Source: Lingula anatina (Eukaryota > Animalia > Brachiopoda). From it: 64,000 nucleotides of DNA. The stretch spans positions 10,726,001-10,790,000 of the forward strand of contig CM120640.1 in assembly GCA_051362555.1 (NCBI GenBank), read 5' to 3'. The position numbers and the translations under genes are program-made. A model generated the notes under the pieces. That model saw only the letters and a program-made list of their open reading frames with translations. It had not been told where the DNA came from and made no database searches. Shown here one piece after another: positions 50,864 through 63,818 of the stretch (positions are counted from its first letter, which is position 1; the number at the start of each line of letters is the position of its first letter).

Positions 50864-51639
50864 CTGGAAAAAAAAAAGACAATCGATTCATGATTTTACT
50901 CCTACAACCAAAATAAATGGCCACTTTTACTGAAAACCGTTACATTTTGTGCAGCCTTAATCATTTAAGTTCAGATAATACAGTATGAGTTTCTAATGAG
51001 ATTCTAATCTCTGTGCACTTTTCAAAGGCGGGCCTAGAATTCTACCAAAGGGGTTTACGTACCCTCTACCAGGGCCCCAATTTTATTATGTGCACTTTTC
51101 GTTGACTCTCGAAGGGCAGAAAGGTTCCATTATTTAACTAGTGACCTATCTGTGAATATCTAATGAAAAATCAAGCTGCCATCCTGGTAGAGGGGAGGGT
51201 ATATGTGTTCAGGAACTAAAGGCGGGGCATCTTGTCATAGGGATTAAGTTTTTTGATCATTAATATGATTGAATATATTATACTGTTTTTAAGGTATATT
51301 GTATATCCCGTGAGTTGGTCGGGGAGGTGGAGTTGACACAACAACATGCAGAGCGACTATATAGTTTTTTTTTATTTGCTGAGTTACAAGTAGGGCTTAG
51401 GGAGTTCAGAAACAAACAAACAAACAAAAACGTGGGGGTTGGGGGGTGAGTTTACTGGTGTTTCGGACCTCGGATATAAACACAAATACATCCATGTTTG
51501 ACTATGAATGCCCTTTGTTTGTGACTATATGGTGAATGTAAGAACAAAAAAGTCATGTGGCAAATAAATATAGGTACACAATACAGGAAAATACAGGTAG
51601 GCAATATTCCAAAAGAAAGATTAGAGATCGAGGCTGGGC

Positions 51640-52180
51640 AGGTCGACCAGAAACGTCATTCTATCTACTTTATTCAGTTTTCAGCTAAAGATAAGCAATG
51701 ATAAAAGGCAAAATGTTCGCCAGATTATTCAGTACAGGATCCTCCTTTTTTTTCAAAAGAAGGCACTTATCAGGTAAAGCTTGACAGGACGTCGTATTTA
51801 TTGGTATTTCTTTACAGTCTTTAAACATACCTCGATCCATATTACACTTTTATAGGAGGGAGTTAGCGTACCAAACTCTTAGACATATTCACGCTTAAAG
51901 ATTGCTCAAAGTACACGAAGAAAATATCAATGTTTTGTTAAAAAGCACGGAGCAACTGAACCAAGAAAATGCAACGGTACTTCCGCAGTTAATAAGGTAT
52001 ATAAGGTAACACATTTTGGAAGGGGTGAAAGATACACAAAAAACAGGTGAGCAAGCCATCCAATAGTGGGCGACAAGGAAGTGCAGGGATTTGTTTACCT
52101 GATCGTTTTGAGCCCACATGCGCTCATTGCCATTGTTCACTTTCGTGGAAATGTATTGTACTCTAACTTCTAGTGCACAC
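51640..52180. repeat. Local duplication, copy A (paralogous to 55470-56075)
   Basis: Shared blocks ataagcaatg.taaaaggca, gaaccaagaaaatgca and caatagtgggcgacaaggaagtg..gatttgtttacctgatcg..ttttgagccca..tgcgctcattgccattgttcactttcgtggaa. Confidence 0.85.
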
Positions 52181-52882
52181 AATGTAAGAGAGGGTAATAC
52201 AGGTTTGTTCAAAATGGTTGTCCTGCCCTCAAAATCCTGGGTTTTAAACAATCTTACAGGCTTTTAAGCTCTTCGTGAGTTGTTATTTTGGCTACTTTCT
52301 TCCCCACGGTAATCAATAATTATTTGACATTAGGCCTACCTAGGTCAAATATGAGCACATGTAAACGGATTGCAGCTCCAAAGTAAAGTTAAGTGTTAGG
52401 GGTATGCGAATAGATGATGCTACGAGTAGCTTGGCTATATGATCTTGACAAGACCTATCCCTGCGAAAACCATTCTGCTCATCTACTATCTGCTATAAAA
52501 GTGATGTTTTTGCCTTGAGATGAAGTGGATTGTTGGGGTAGATGAGATCTGACCTCCACCTATCTATAGGTGAAGCCAAGGAGTATATTACCCTCTACCA
52601 GGGCCGCAGTTGTTATTACGTGGATATTTTTGGATGAGGCAGTACCGAAAATAACCGTGAATTTAACCAGAAAAATATCTGTGAATATCGAGTGAAAATC
52701 AATCTGTGGCCATGGTAGAGGGTAGGAGTATACTATTTTGTCTCCACAGGCGTATTGTTTTCTACATGAAGCCACATAATTAAAGGTTCCAATTTCACCT
52801 CTATTAAGTTCTCTAACAAGTTTTTAGAAACATGTGCTTAAAATATTTTATTTTATGTAGAATTTAAATATGATTATCTTAA

Positions 52883-53923
52883 AGGGATAATAACTCTTCG
52901 TATGAGATCTATATTTCACAATAAAAACATTGTGAATAACTCATAGTAATATAATATATTCTGTTTTACGACAAAAACGGCAGTTATAGCTATTATTCTG
53001 ATATCTGAGCTTGTATTCAGATCACGTGACCACCATTGATGGCTATACTCTGTTATACATACCTAGGGATGTTATATGACCGTGGCGATATGATGATCAC
53101 TGAAGCCTGTCCATTTAGACAAGCTTCAGTGAAGATCCAGTGCAACCTCGAGCCGCTACCCAAAAATATCTTGCTTCACTCGACATTTCTGCGTAGCGCC
53201 TCTCGGAAAACTCGGATTTAACCTCGATGTAGTCTAGAATTTCACGACTACATCTTGGTTAAATCAGTCGAGGTCTCTTAAATGCTGGAAGTCAAAGACA
53301 GATCGATCATGTGACCTTCTCGGCATCAAGAGAATAGTGACGTTGCTTGCGTCATATATCTACCAGTAGACAAATTTAAAATCTCTCACACTCTTATAAA
53401 ATTTGCATAAACCTTTCACGTTTAACAATTATTATTTGGCATCAAGAGAATTGTGACGTTGCTTGCGACCAGGAGACAAATTAAAAATCTCTCACACTCT
53501 TAAAAAATTAGCATAAACATTTCACGTTTAACATTCATTTATAACTTTATTACACTAAGTCTTATCATATGGGTATGGTTTGAAAACGGGAATTAGTTTA
53601 CATTTAAGCCACACGTGCATACAAATTATTTGTAAATCTATAACTTTTTAACGAGGGTTGTGTTATTTACCTTTTGTTTTTAAGCTGTTCATTCTTCCTC
53701 TTTATAAGATATATCGGTAAAAATAAAATATTTCCCCCTTTGAACTTGTAATTACATGTAGCATGCTCCATGCTCTGAAAACCAGCACATGTATATTCCG
53801 AAACCGCCTCGTAGTAAAAAATGTCACCAAAACATAGAATTATTACTCCTGTGGACTTGAAATAAACTGTTGTTTACTACAGAAAAATTCATTTTTTGGC
53901 CAAAACGAAGAATTATTATCCCT
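52883..53923. mobile_element. TTAA-flanked MITE (Kolobok-like), family copy 3, interrupted by ~0.8 kb of extra sequence
   Basis: Termini ttaa|agggataataactcttcg ... cgaagaattattatccct|ttaa. Homology to copy 2 stops at ~53052 and resumes at ~53860. A ~110-bp tandem duplication lies at 53322-53535. Confidence 0.7.
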
Positions 53924-55469
53924 TTAACTATTTATTTGTCTAACATCGACGCTTTAAGTTGAGCAATGTGATAATAATAATGCTATTAAAATAAGGTCGC
54001 TAAATTCATGCAAGTGACTATCACTATATAAATCATGTCAAAGACATAAAAGGAACAAAGTCTAAATACTTTTTTAGTTTAAAAAACTCGAGAAATTGCT
54101 AATTTGAGGTGGTTCGATTTTTTTATGCCAGCACTAAGTTGTTGCAGTTACTTTCCATAAAATGCGATTCATCGATTTTTATCCATTACGGCTTTTAAAA
54201 AATCTGCCTCTTCGAACATTTTACAAAATAACTCAAAGTATTGAATGTATAAAAATATTAATTAAAGATATGCTACTTACTAGCTATAACTGGCAATCCA
54301 CCGCATATCACGAGAAGGCAGAAAAGCATATACCACTTCGGCTCCATTGTTAAAGCGTATTTGGCCCAATCTACCTGGCGGCCTCGCTTATAGGGCGTGT
54401 TCAATGCGACGGTGAATGACGCTTGGGTTTTCCAACAAACAAAAATAGGAAGTTAACTGCTAAAAACAGTTCAAATGAAGTTTAAGTCTAAAATGACGTC
54501 AAAAATTTTTTTTTGCTTTTGGAATTTCCAGTGAAAAAGTTTGTTAACTATTAATTTTGATACTTAGGCATTTTAATTAGCATTTTAATTTAAAGATAGA
54601 CACCAAAATAATATAGACCAACACAGAGGCACGATGTGTTATTATACAGACTGCAATCACCACATCCAAGTGTGTTAAACTGTCGAACGCAAAGTTAAAA
54701 ATTAGTTTTTGCAACAAATAAGCGATTTACTAGAGAGTTATGGTAAAGTCACGCAGCAATAGGCAAGAAGAACATGTACTCTTTTGGTGTACCAAAGGTT
54801 TAGACGTATATTCTTAATCTTACGATCATTAAACTCTACTTTATGCCTTAATTATGTCACATTCTAATAGCACGGAGGGTTTTCCACAACTTTAATTCCA
54901 ATCTAAGTGATTCGTCAATCTATTAACATTTCCTTATTTGGTGATGCCTTGCGCTCTCACATGATATCTATTATTTAAAATCTTCCCATTATTCTCCGTT
55001 CTTATGTGTCAATCAATTTATGTTAATTGCCTAATTACATAATGGTGTGATAATTGACCTAGGATCACAATTTCTATTAATACAGATTTTCTATCATAAT
55101 GATTATAATGAATGATCAAATAGGAATTAAGATAACATTTTGTATTTAACTTTTTTGTCCTAGAATAGCACTTAGGTTGAGCGCAGAGAACTACAGTGTA
55201 ATACAAGTAGTAACTCAAAACACCTCTATAAAACTTTCGTAGTTGTACTTTCTTACTGTACTCTATCAATGGCTGTCGAACAATAAGGTATTGTCTGTAA
55301 CAACGGTGAATTAAATAACCAAATATAACATAACCACCCTGCCATTTCTTTTTGTTTCTTTTTTTATCATTCTGTTCTTTGGCTAAAGTGATTGCAGTAT
55401 TAAAACAAAGAAAACAAACAAATACTACTTTAGAACATTTCATATGTAATATTTACAAAAGGAGGGAAA

Positions 55470-56075
55470 GGTAGACCAGAAACCTTTTATCTATTTTATT
55501 CATGACTACAGTTTCAGCTACATATAAGCAAGGAGTTATAACTCCTTGATATAAGCAATGCTAAAAGGCAGAAAGTTGGCCAGATTGTTCAGTAGAGGTT
55601 CCTCATAATTTTTGTCAGAAGAAGGCAATGTCAAGTAAAACTTGACACATGAATTTGGAAAAAGGAAGTGAGAGTACCGAAAATATACATTTAAACGTGC
55701 CCTAAAATACTATGGTATTTTTCCGAAAAGCTTGGAGCACTGGCGGGCCCGTAGCCAGCAAATTCAAAAGGGGGGGGGGGGGGTTCTTTTACAATGAAAC
55801 CTTTGTATACCTAGATCAAATTGTACTCAGAATGGAAGTTTTCCCTGGCTACATTAGCTCAGCTAATGAACCAAGAAAATGCAGCAGTACTTCCTTTATT
55901 ATAAAGTATAAAATAACACATTTTGAAAAGAATGAAAGGTAAATAAAATCATGAAGAGAGCAAGTTGCCCAATAGTGGGCGACAAGGAAGTGAAGAGATT
56001 TGTTTACCTGATCGATTTTGAGCCCACGTGCGCTCATTGCCATTGTTCACTTTCGTGGAACAGCATTGTACTATA
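55470..56075. repeat. Local duplication, copy B (paralogous to 51640-52180)
   Basis: Same shared blocks as copy A; contains extra insertions relative to copy A. Confidence 0.85.
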
Positions 56076-57713
56076 ACTTGTAAGTTTATTTCAGATGGTA
56101 ATATGAGTACCAAAGATTTCTACACTTAATATTTTAATTTCTAAAATGAAAAATAAAAGAACGTCATGTTAAAGCTAAGGAAAATTCGTATAATTATAAG
56201 TAAGAATTTCCCAGTGCCACTGGCACGCACTAAGACGAATAAACATTTTATATTTTACTTCTTCGACCTACAGTAGCTCGTTGCGTTCAGTATAGGACCC
56301 AACAAACCCACGCTGAGTGTATAGCACTCCAGTGTACATGTAGTAGCGAGAAACATCTCTAAAAATCGTTCGTAATTGTATGTCATACTGTGATCTATCA
56401 CTTGCTCTCTGAAAAGATTAAATATATTCAGATTTCGCCTACTTGTAAAAAGAAAAGCAACCTAGTTAACTGATTCGATAAACTTTATTTCGTGAATACA
56501 CACACGCTACAAATATGTACTAACATTAGGCTATTAATATTATAGAGGCCAGCTGAAAAATAAAGTCTTTTCCATAGATACATGCAAATTTTCGCAGTAA
56601 AGAAACATTAATAGTGCCATCCAGAGACATATCTATGAATATTTTTTGAGAAATTAAACTGTGGCCCCTGTAGAAAGTGCTCTTTCAGTACTAATAAAAT
56701 ACGTTGAACAATTGTATCAAGCGCAAGAATTGTACCGTCTGAACGCTTTCTTAGGGGAGCTAATGTTTTTGTCTGAGTGTTTTTCTCTAAACAACAACAC
56801 TGCTAGGTAGGGGCATATACGTGTACATAACATTTCTAACAGATCAAGGGAGTTCATGTGTAAACCAATGCAACAATCAAATATTTCGACAACTTTTCAT
56901 TGGTATTTGTTTACTCGAACGGCTCTTACAAAAAAAAAACAAAAAAAACAAAAAAGAGAGAGACTGAGTAGCGTGTTTATGGGTTCGAAAAAAAGGCCAC
57001 GTACTGAAGTTAGGATGTAACTTGGGCTTGATCCAAGACTGAAACCAACACGCCTGTGTTCTAACATGCAAGATACTACATGCAATTATTTCTCTTCAAA
57101 GAGAAATTATGAAATTCACACCCCCACTAATAGTGTAGCACCAAGTTGAATTTCGTTGTCCCATTGCCCAATCTCATCCCTGCTAAATACTTGTTGATCC
57201 ATTTATAAGTAAAAGGGGGGGGGGAGCAAAGAAAAGGCTTAACTTACGAAATAATTAGTTTTATTGCACTGAATTAAAACACTAACATTCAAATCTTTAT
57301 GCCTGGATACTACAAAAAGGTAAATGTAAGCCGTCAGCTTGTTCTAAACTTATGTAGAAACTGTAATTTTACCTTTGAGCTATGAGAATTTTAATGGTTC
57401 ATTTGCCTGTTTTTAATGTTTATGAGATATTTCTTTTCTAAGATGAAACAAATCAGCCCTCTGTAGTTTGTATTGACATAAAAGTTTTTTTCATATCTTT
57501 TTTCACTATTCAATTTGAGTGAAGAAACCTCACAGATTCGTCTCTTTCTCCAGATTCTTTCACAACCAGCCAAGTCACTATATAGGCCCTGCATGGATGG
57601 CAACTTTTCCCTTTTTTCCATGTGACTATGAATTAACTGGTAAACATATAGTGTCTTCCCGTCATTCTTCTCCCCAATTGTCATATTAGTGGAAATATAC
57701 ACAGTTGTTGTCA

Positions 57714-60700
57714 TTACTCTTTCTTTTCCTTGTCCTTTCCTCTAAAATATTTGATTGCTTGGATGACTGACATAAATACTGGTATACTGATGGGTAGAAA
57801 AAGTGGAATGTATATGGCAAACCTGTAATTATGAAAAAATTTGCTTTGTATTACTCATTGCTTAATTCATAACACCATTCATATCATAAGTATTCCCCAG
57901 TTATGTATGACTGATATCCGTATAAATTTTTTATTGAAAAAGAGATCTCTTACTTCCATTACCACCATATATGACAAAATTAACCAAATATACATTTTTT
58001 CCAATACCTTTATTGAAGAATAATTTGTGAATTTCTCTTTTCCCCCTACCCTCAAATTTCTGCTCAGTAAGGCTGAGTATAGAAAAATCAGAAATATTTC
58101 ATAAACACATGGTGACTTACTTTTGATCCTCTGGGAAATACAACAACTCCAGAAGAGATGGGTCAAAAAATGCTTTTTCTATATAAAAAAAAAAGAAAAT
58201 AGATTTTGGAGTGACTTAGTTAATAAATTATAGCTTTCAGTATAATATCATAATAGTATCATCAGAAATGGTATCAAAAAGGTAGGAAAACTTAGATTAA
58301 AAATGCAAAACATACAATGCAACTGACCTGATGCTACAATGGCCTCTTTTGATGATAAAAAAGCTTCCTTTAATTTATTCTGTTTGAGTAAAGTGTGACA
58401 CTTATCAATTTCTTCTACAGCATGTTGCACCTACAGATGGAAATATAAATATACTCATACAAATTTAATATGCCACATGATGTTCACACATACTACTACT
58501 ACTGATAATAATAATAATTATAACAACAACAACAAGGTAAGGCATTTTAAAGTGCATGGACAGATACCCTTGTAAGAGTCTCAGTACAATGGTACGCGTG
58601 ATAAAAATTCACTGACTGTGTAATATCACTGTGTTCTTACATTTTTGTTTTAGGTATTTATACAACTAACTCACCTCTCTACCAATGTCATCATTAATGA
58701 CAATATTTCCTATTTGTTCAAGCAACTGTGCCAAAGACTTCAATGTGGCTGTTGAGGTGGCAATGTTTTCTAGTGTTCTGTAACGCAGCCAATAATCTAG
58801 CTCCTGTCGGATGAAGTTTGAAAAAAACTTTTGAGTGATCTCATTGTATGTATCTTGCTTTGAAACAAAATACATCATTTCTCTGTAAAAAGTCCACAAA
58901 GAAAAGCTGACTTGAAATTGTCGATACCCAACATTTTTAAAGGGAAACTATCAAATGTTTAAGATGAAAATAAATACAAAAACTATTCATCAAAAGCCCC
59001 TAGCATTGCAACATGCACTCACAAACAAAAAAATCCTTCCAAAGCTTACCCAGAGTAAAATTCCAGAGTTGTCTGGCAGTGCTACATCAGCTTGAGGGAA
59101 GGCAGCCTGGCAAAAAAAAAAGGGCACAAGAATATGTCAATGTGTTCGTAAGAAGTTGATAGTTAAATTAATGTGACATTGGCTAAATGTTGAAAATTTA
59201 AGGGTCATATATGAAACATCTAATGCTATTTTCAATGTGAGTGAAATAACGTAAAATCTGCTGAAACCTACTTGTTTCATATCAACTTAAAAAAGCTGGA
59301 TTCCATTTCAAATCTATAGAAATAAGACTCTCGTGAATATCTATATTGTAAATCATGTCTGCCCAACCTGAGGAAACCCCAGCAGCATCTTCAACTGTGC
59401 CAGGAACACTTCCATCATGGCTTTCATGTCCACTTGAACCTGTGCTGGTAATGTTGTGTTCTCCTGGGGAGAGGGCATATTGTGAAGCAATACCCCTCCC
59501 CATCTGGGGCTTAGAAAAGAGTTGGTTGCCGTGGGAAAATCTGGGAAGGTATATTATATAGCTCACTTAATGCCATACAATGTGTTTTAGACCTTTACAT
59601 TACAATAAAATCCCTGTTACTTTAACAGTTTTCCTTTTATCACCAAGCTATACCCTGTCCAAACCATGAAGAATAGTGTGATCTATAAATAGTCTTGGGT
59701 GAAATTAACCAGTTCCCATCTCATGCTTATAGATCATAATTTTGTCAGTGGTATAGGGTATGGTATAAAATGGTAACTGAGAGAATGGTATTGCAATTTC
59801 CAGGAGAATAAACCGTTTGGTAACTGAAATGATTTTAAAAAATCATGTGACTTCAAAAGAAATAATATTTTTTACAGCAGCATAATGTTAAACAAAAAAG
59901 TAAGTTCTGTTTAATGTGAGTGTGATTGAAAACCCATATCAATAACATAGGCTCCTCTCTTCAGAATACTCACCTTTCTCATCATATATGTGGAGTGGGC
60001 TCTGATCTCTCGTGGGAATATAAACAACAAAGTTTAAATTGGGATTGTTGGATACATGGGAGCCTGGATTGAAGATACACATAATATAACTAAAGTATAA
60101 AAATGTTCACTTGCATAATGTCTAAAGGTTTGCAACTTTTTCCATTCTGTCTGGTACATTTTTGTTTTCCTTTAATTCCTTCCTTCCTGTAATCTATATT
60201 TTAAATGACTAAAAAGGACATGTTCAAGACATCCCTTATTTATGAGAGTTATACATCTTGGGCAGTAAGTATGTGATATAGCTTTTGTGATCGTAATATT
60301 CACAAAGTATATTACACAATAACATTCCTCTGTCTCAAATTACACATTACTACAGCAATATCAGGACATTTCATAACTGACAAAATACATTATATCCCTT
60401 TGTGAAAACACATGAAAACTAAATGCATAAAGCCATAAATTGAAATATTTAATAGCAAATAAAACAAACCCAATTTAGCTTCTATGGGATTGATGAGGTG
60501 AGGCAGATCTTCCTGTTTTAAGAAGTACCTGCCATTGTTTTTGTCGTGCTTGGGTTTGAAGGCAAGCCTTGTATAGTACAGCATCTGAAATTAAAACATC
60601 AAAGATTCAATAGCAGGAAAAACAATCATCATATCTTCAGATAAAATACGTTAAGATTACATCATAGCAATATTGTGGACCTGACAAGATTTATACAATA

Positions 60701-63700
60701 TCCAATATCTAAAAACATCCAATATAAAGATATATGAAACTTCTCCATAACTATTTACCTTGACATTTGAAAAATTACAATATAACTTTGTAAATGCGAT
60801 TATAATTTACCTGCGATTTTACTGTTATACTAGCAAACTGCATCAATTTTTCAATGAAAGGTTGTAAGAACTCTGCAACAGAAAGTGAGCAATCTTTTTT
60901 ATCAAAAATGAAATTGAAAACAAAAAAAATGTTTTACGGTTAATAAAATGTAATGGCATTCTAAGAAAAAAAAGAAAAAAGGGCTTTTCAGTATTCAAAA
61001 ATTTACTAAGAGACTTATCCTTTTTTTATCTAATTTCATAAACTTAAAATCATGCTGGGCATTATATATATCAAAGCATCTTTTTTCTTCTTACTTTCAA
61101 CACCTCTCTTAATGTCCCACTGTACATTTAAAATGTCTGGCTGTGGGTTTAACAATGTGAAGGTGACATCATAACCAGGGTTGGAATGAACAGCTCTCAT
61201 GCTGGCTTTATCAGTCTGTAATTCAACAAAATATATGAAATATTCCTCACAATTCAGACACATGCTCTGGCAGATCTATAATAAGTCTTAACAAGGCAGC
61301 AAAGCTGTCAAATGTACAGACAAAGAACAGAAAATAAAGATGCAAATAAGTGAAAAATTAAATTTTCACAAAAAACTGTTAAATTGCCAGAAAAATTTAC
61401 CAAACAGACTGGGTTGCCTATTGAAGCTGTATGTTAGACCCATGTTTCTTTCCTGTAAGTTTGAGAACAGTAAGTGACATGATTTCCCTTAAATGGTCAT
61501 CATAGGAGCAGTGCCCAAAATAGGGGTTTCTTCAAATTTTGATGCAACATTACATAATGTTTAACAGCATAATGACAATCAAATGTTATTAATAAAATAT
61601 TAGTAACATGGACATTCAGAAAATGTGACAAGCAAAAGTCTTCAAGATCATGGAACTTTAAAGTCACACCTTGAAAATGCCAATATGTGAAAAATTAAAT
61701 TTTCACAAAAAACTGTTTAACTGCCAAAAAAAAAACCAAACAGACTGCATTGCCTACTGAAGCTGTATTTTAGTCCCATGTTTCTATCCTGTAAGTTTGA
61801 GAACAGTAAGTGACATGATTTTCCTTAAATGGTCATCATGGAAGCAGTGCCCAAAATGGGGGTTTCTTCAAATTTTGATGCAATATTACATAATGTTTAA
61901 CAGCTTAATGACCATCAATTTTTAATTATAAAATATTTGTATCATAGATATTCAGAAAATGTGACTAGCAAAGGTCTTCAGGCCCATGGAACTTCAAAGT
62001 CACGCCTTGATAATGCCAAAATGTAAACAAGACAGCACTGTTCTGAAATGGGTTTATTTCCATTTTTAACACTTTTTTAACATAAAACAAAATAAACATT
62101 TTACTGCCATTTTTATATGTCCAACTAAGAAAATTGATGAGATGGGAAAAGTATCAATAGAACAGTGTTAAATGTCCAATTTCCTCCATTCTGAGATTCT
62201 GAACATAGTGGATGATTGAATATGACAAACTGCAATGATATGAGTTTATTTCCATTTTTGACACTTTATTACACAATACATGATAACAAGTTTACCATGT
62301 TTTTTACATAATCAACTAACAATGTTGTAAAGATGCAGGAAATATCAAACAAACACTTTTAGGCATCTTATTAGTTAAATAATGAGACTGTTAACATGCC
62401 TAATAATTGAATCTGAGGAAATGTGAAAAAACAGCATAACTTCTAAAATAAAGGCCCGATTATGCTGATTTTCGAACTCAACCTGCATTTTAGTTAGTTT
62501 GACTACTCCTGTGAGTATAATGACAATTGGCCTATCTGTTTTTCTTATATTGTGTTATCAGTGTTGCATATATGTTGAAAAAAGTGAAAAAACAGCCTAA
62601 ATTCACTAAAAATGACCCAATCACGCTGATTTTCGAACTTGACCTGCGGATTATAAATATTCATCAGTTTTGTAAGTTTCAAGCCAAAAAGTAAAATGGT
62701 TTTCCACTTATCGTGTTATCGGTGCTGCATATATGCTGAAAAAAGTGAAAAAAACAGCATAAATTCCCTAAAAGTGACCCGATCATGCTGATTTTCGAAC
62801 TTGACCTGCGTATTATGAATATTCATCAGTTCTGTAAGTTTCAAGTCAAAAGGTAAAATGGTTTTCCACTTATCGTGTTATCGGTGCTGCATATATGCTG
62901 AAAAAAGTGAAAAAACAGCATAAATTCCCTAAAAGTGACCCGATCATGCTGATTTTTGAACTTGAACTGCGTATTATGAATATTCATCAGTTCTGTAAGT
63001 TTCAAGTCAAAAGGTAAAATGGTTTTCCACTTATCGTGTTATCGGTGCTGCATACATGCTGAAAAAAGTGAAAAAACAGCATAAATTCCCTAAAAGTGAC
63101 CCGATCATGCTACTTTTCGAACTTGACCTGTGTATTATGAATATTAATCAGTTCTGTAAGTTTCAAGTCAAAAGGTAAAATGGTTTTCCACTTATCGTGT
63201 TATCGGTGCTGCATATATGCTGAAAAAAGTGAAAAAACAGCATAAATTCCCTAAAAGTGACCCGATCATGCTGATTTTCGAACTTGACCTGCGTATTATG
63301 AATATTCATCAGTTCTGCAAGTTTCAAGTCAAAAGATAAAATGGTTTTCCACTTATCGTGTTATCGGTAAAAGTGCACGGCGACGGCGACGACGGCGACG
63401 ACAGCGACGACGGCGACGGCGACGACAGACGCAGATGATGGCTATATGTACAGACACATCTGTGTCTGTACATAAAAAAGACAGAGGATCTTTTTAATTG
63501 TTTTCAACAAATAACATATCATGCCAAATTAAAGATGGCAGATATTAATTATTCCACCCATCACTTACTCCTGATCTTTAAAACTTTTGGATGAGTGTTT
63601 ATTTGAGGTGGGGTGCATTCAAATTCCTACTTCCTGAATCAATGTTAAAACCAATGAGAATACAGATGTATTAGCATAGTCATAAAGATTAAATAAAGGG

Positions 63701-63818
63701 GGAATTACCTCAAGGTGTTGTGCCCCTGATGCAGACTCAAAAGTCTTCACTAGTGCTGCCACATTTACAAACTTATCTCTTATAATGGGCTTTAAAATAG
63801 GTACAAGTCTGTTTAAAT
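57714..63818 (-). CDS. PIGS: GPI transamidase component PIG-S (3' part; 5' exons lie beyond the window)
   Basis: Exons 63709-63818, 61095-61215, 60811-60872, 60470-60584, 59974-60063, 59368-59540, 59050-59106, 58675-58803, 58328-58430, 58121-58178, 57714-57822. Motifs: [91 protein letters not shown]. Confidence 0.95.
61290..63474 (+). mobile_element. Helentron-type non-autonomous element (HINE/DINE-1-like architecture) in a PIGS intron
   Basis: Subterminal atgtacagaca (61312-61322), two ~337-bp repeats (61350, 61687), ~6 units of 161 bp (62410-63368), a (GACGGC/GAC)n microsatellite (63378-63430), and a terminal hairpin tatgtacagacaca-tc-tgtgtctgtacata (63445-63474) followed by an A-run. Confidence 0.8.
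62410..63368. repeat. 161-bp tandem (satellite-like) array
   Basis: The unit anchor tgctgaaaaaagtg occurs at 62734, 62896, 63057 and 63218 (periods 162, 161, 161), with more diverged units at 62573 and 62412. Confidence 0.95.

Noticed and set aside
58804-58899. N-terminal part of ORF 58666-58899 ([11 protein letters not shown]...) as PIGS coding sequence
   Set aside because: The upstream exon ends in phase 0 at ..GILLW and joins ccgacag|GAG (ELDYWLR), so this part is intronic.
59282-59566. Listed ORFs of 94 aa and 68 aa
   Set aside because: They are an off-frame and an antisense shadow of PIGS exon 59368-59540.
62410-63368. Regular repeats as a possible CRISPR array
   Set aside because: Whole 161-bp units repeat with no unique spacers, there are no cas genes, and the array lies in a eukaryotic intron.
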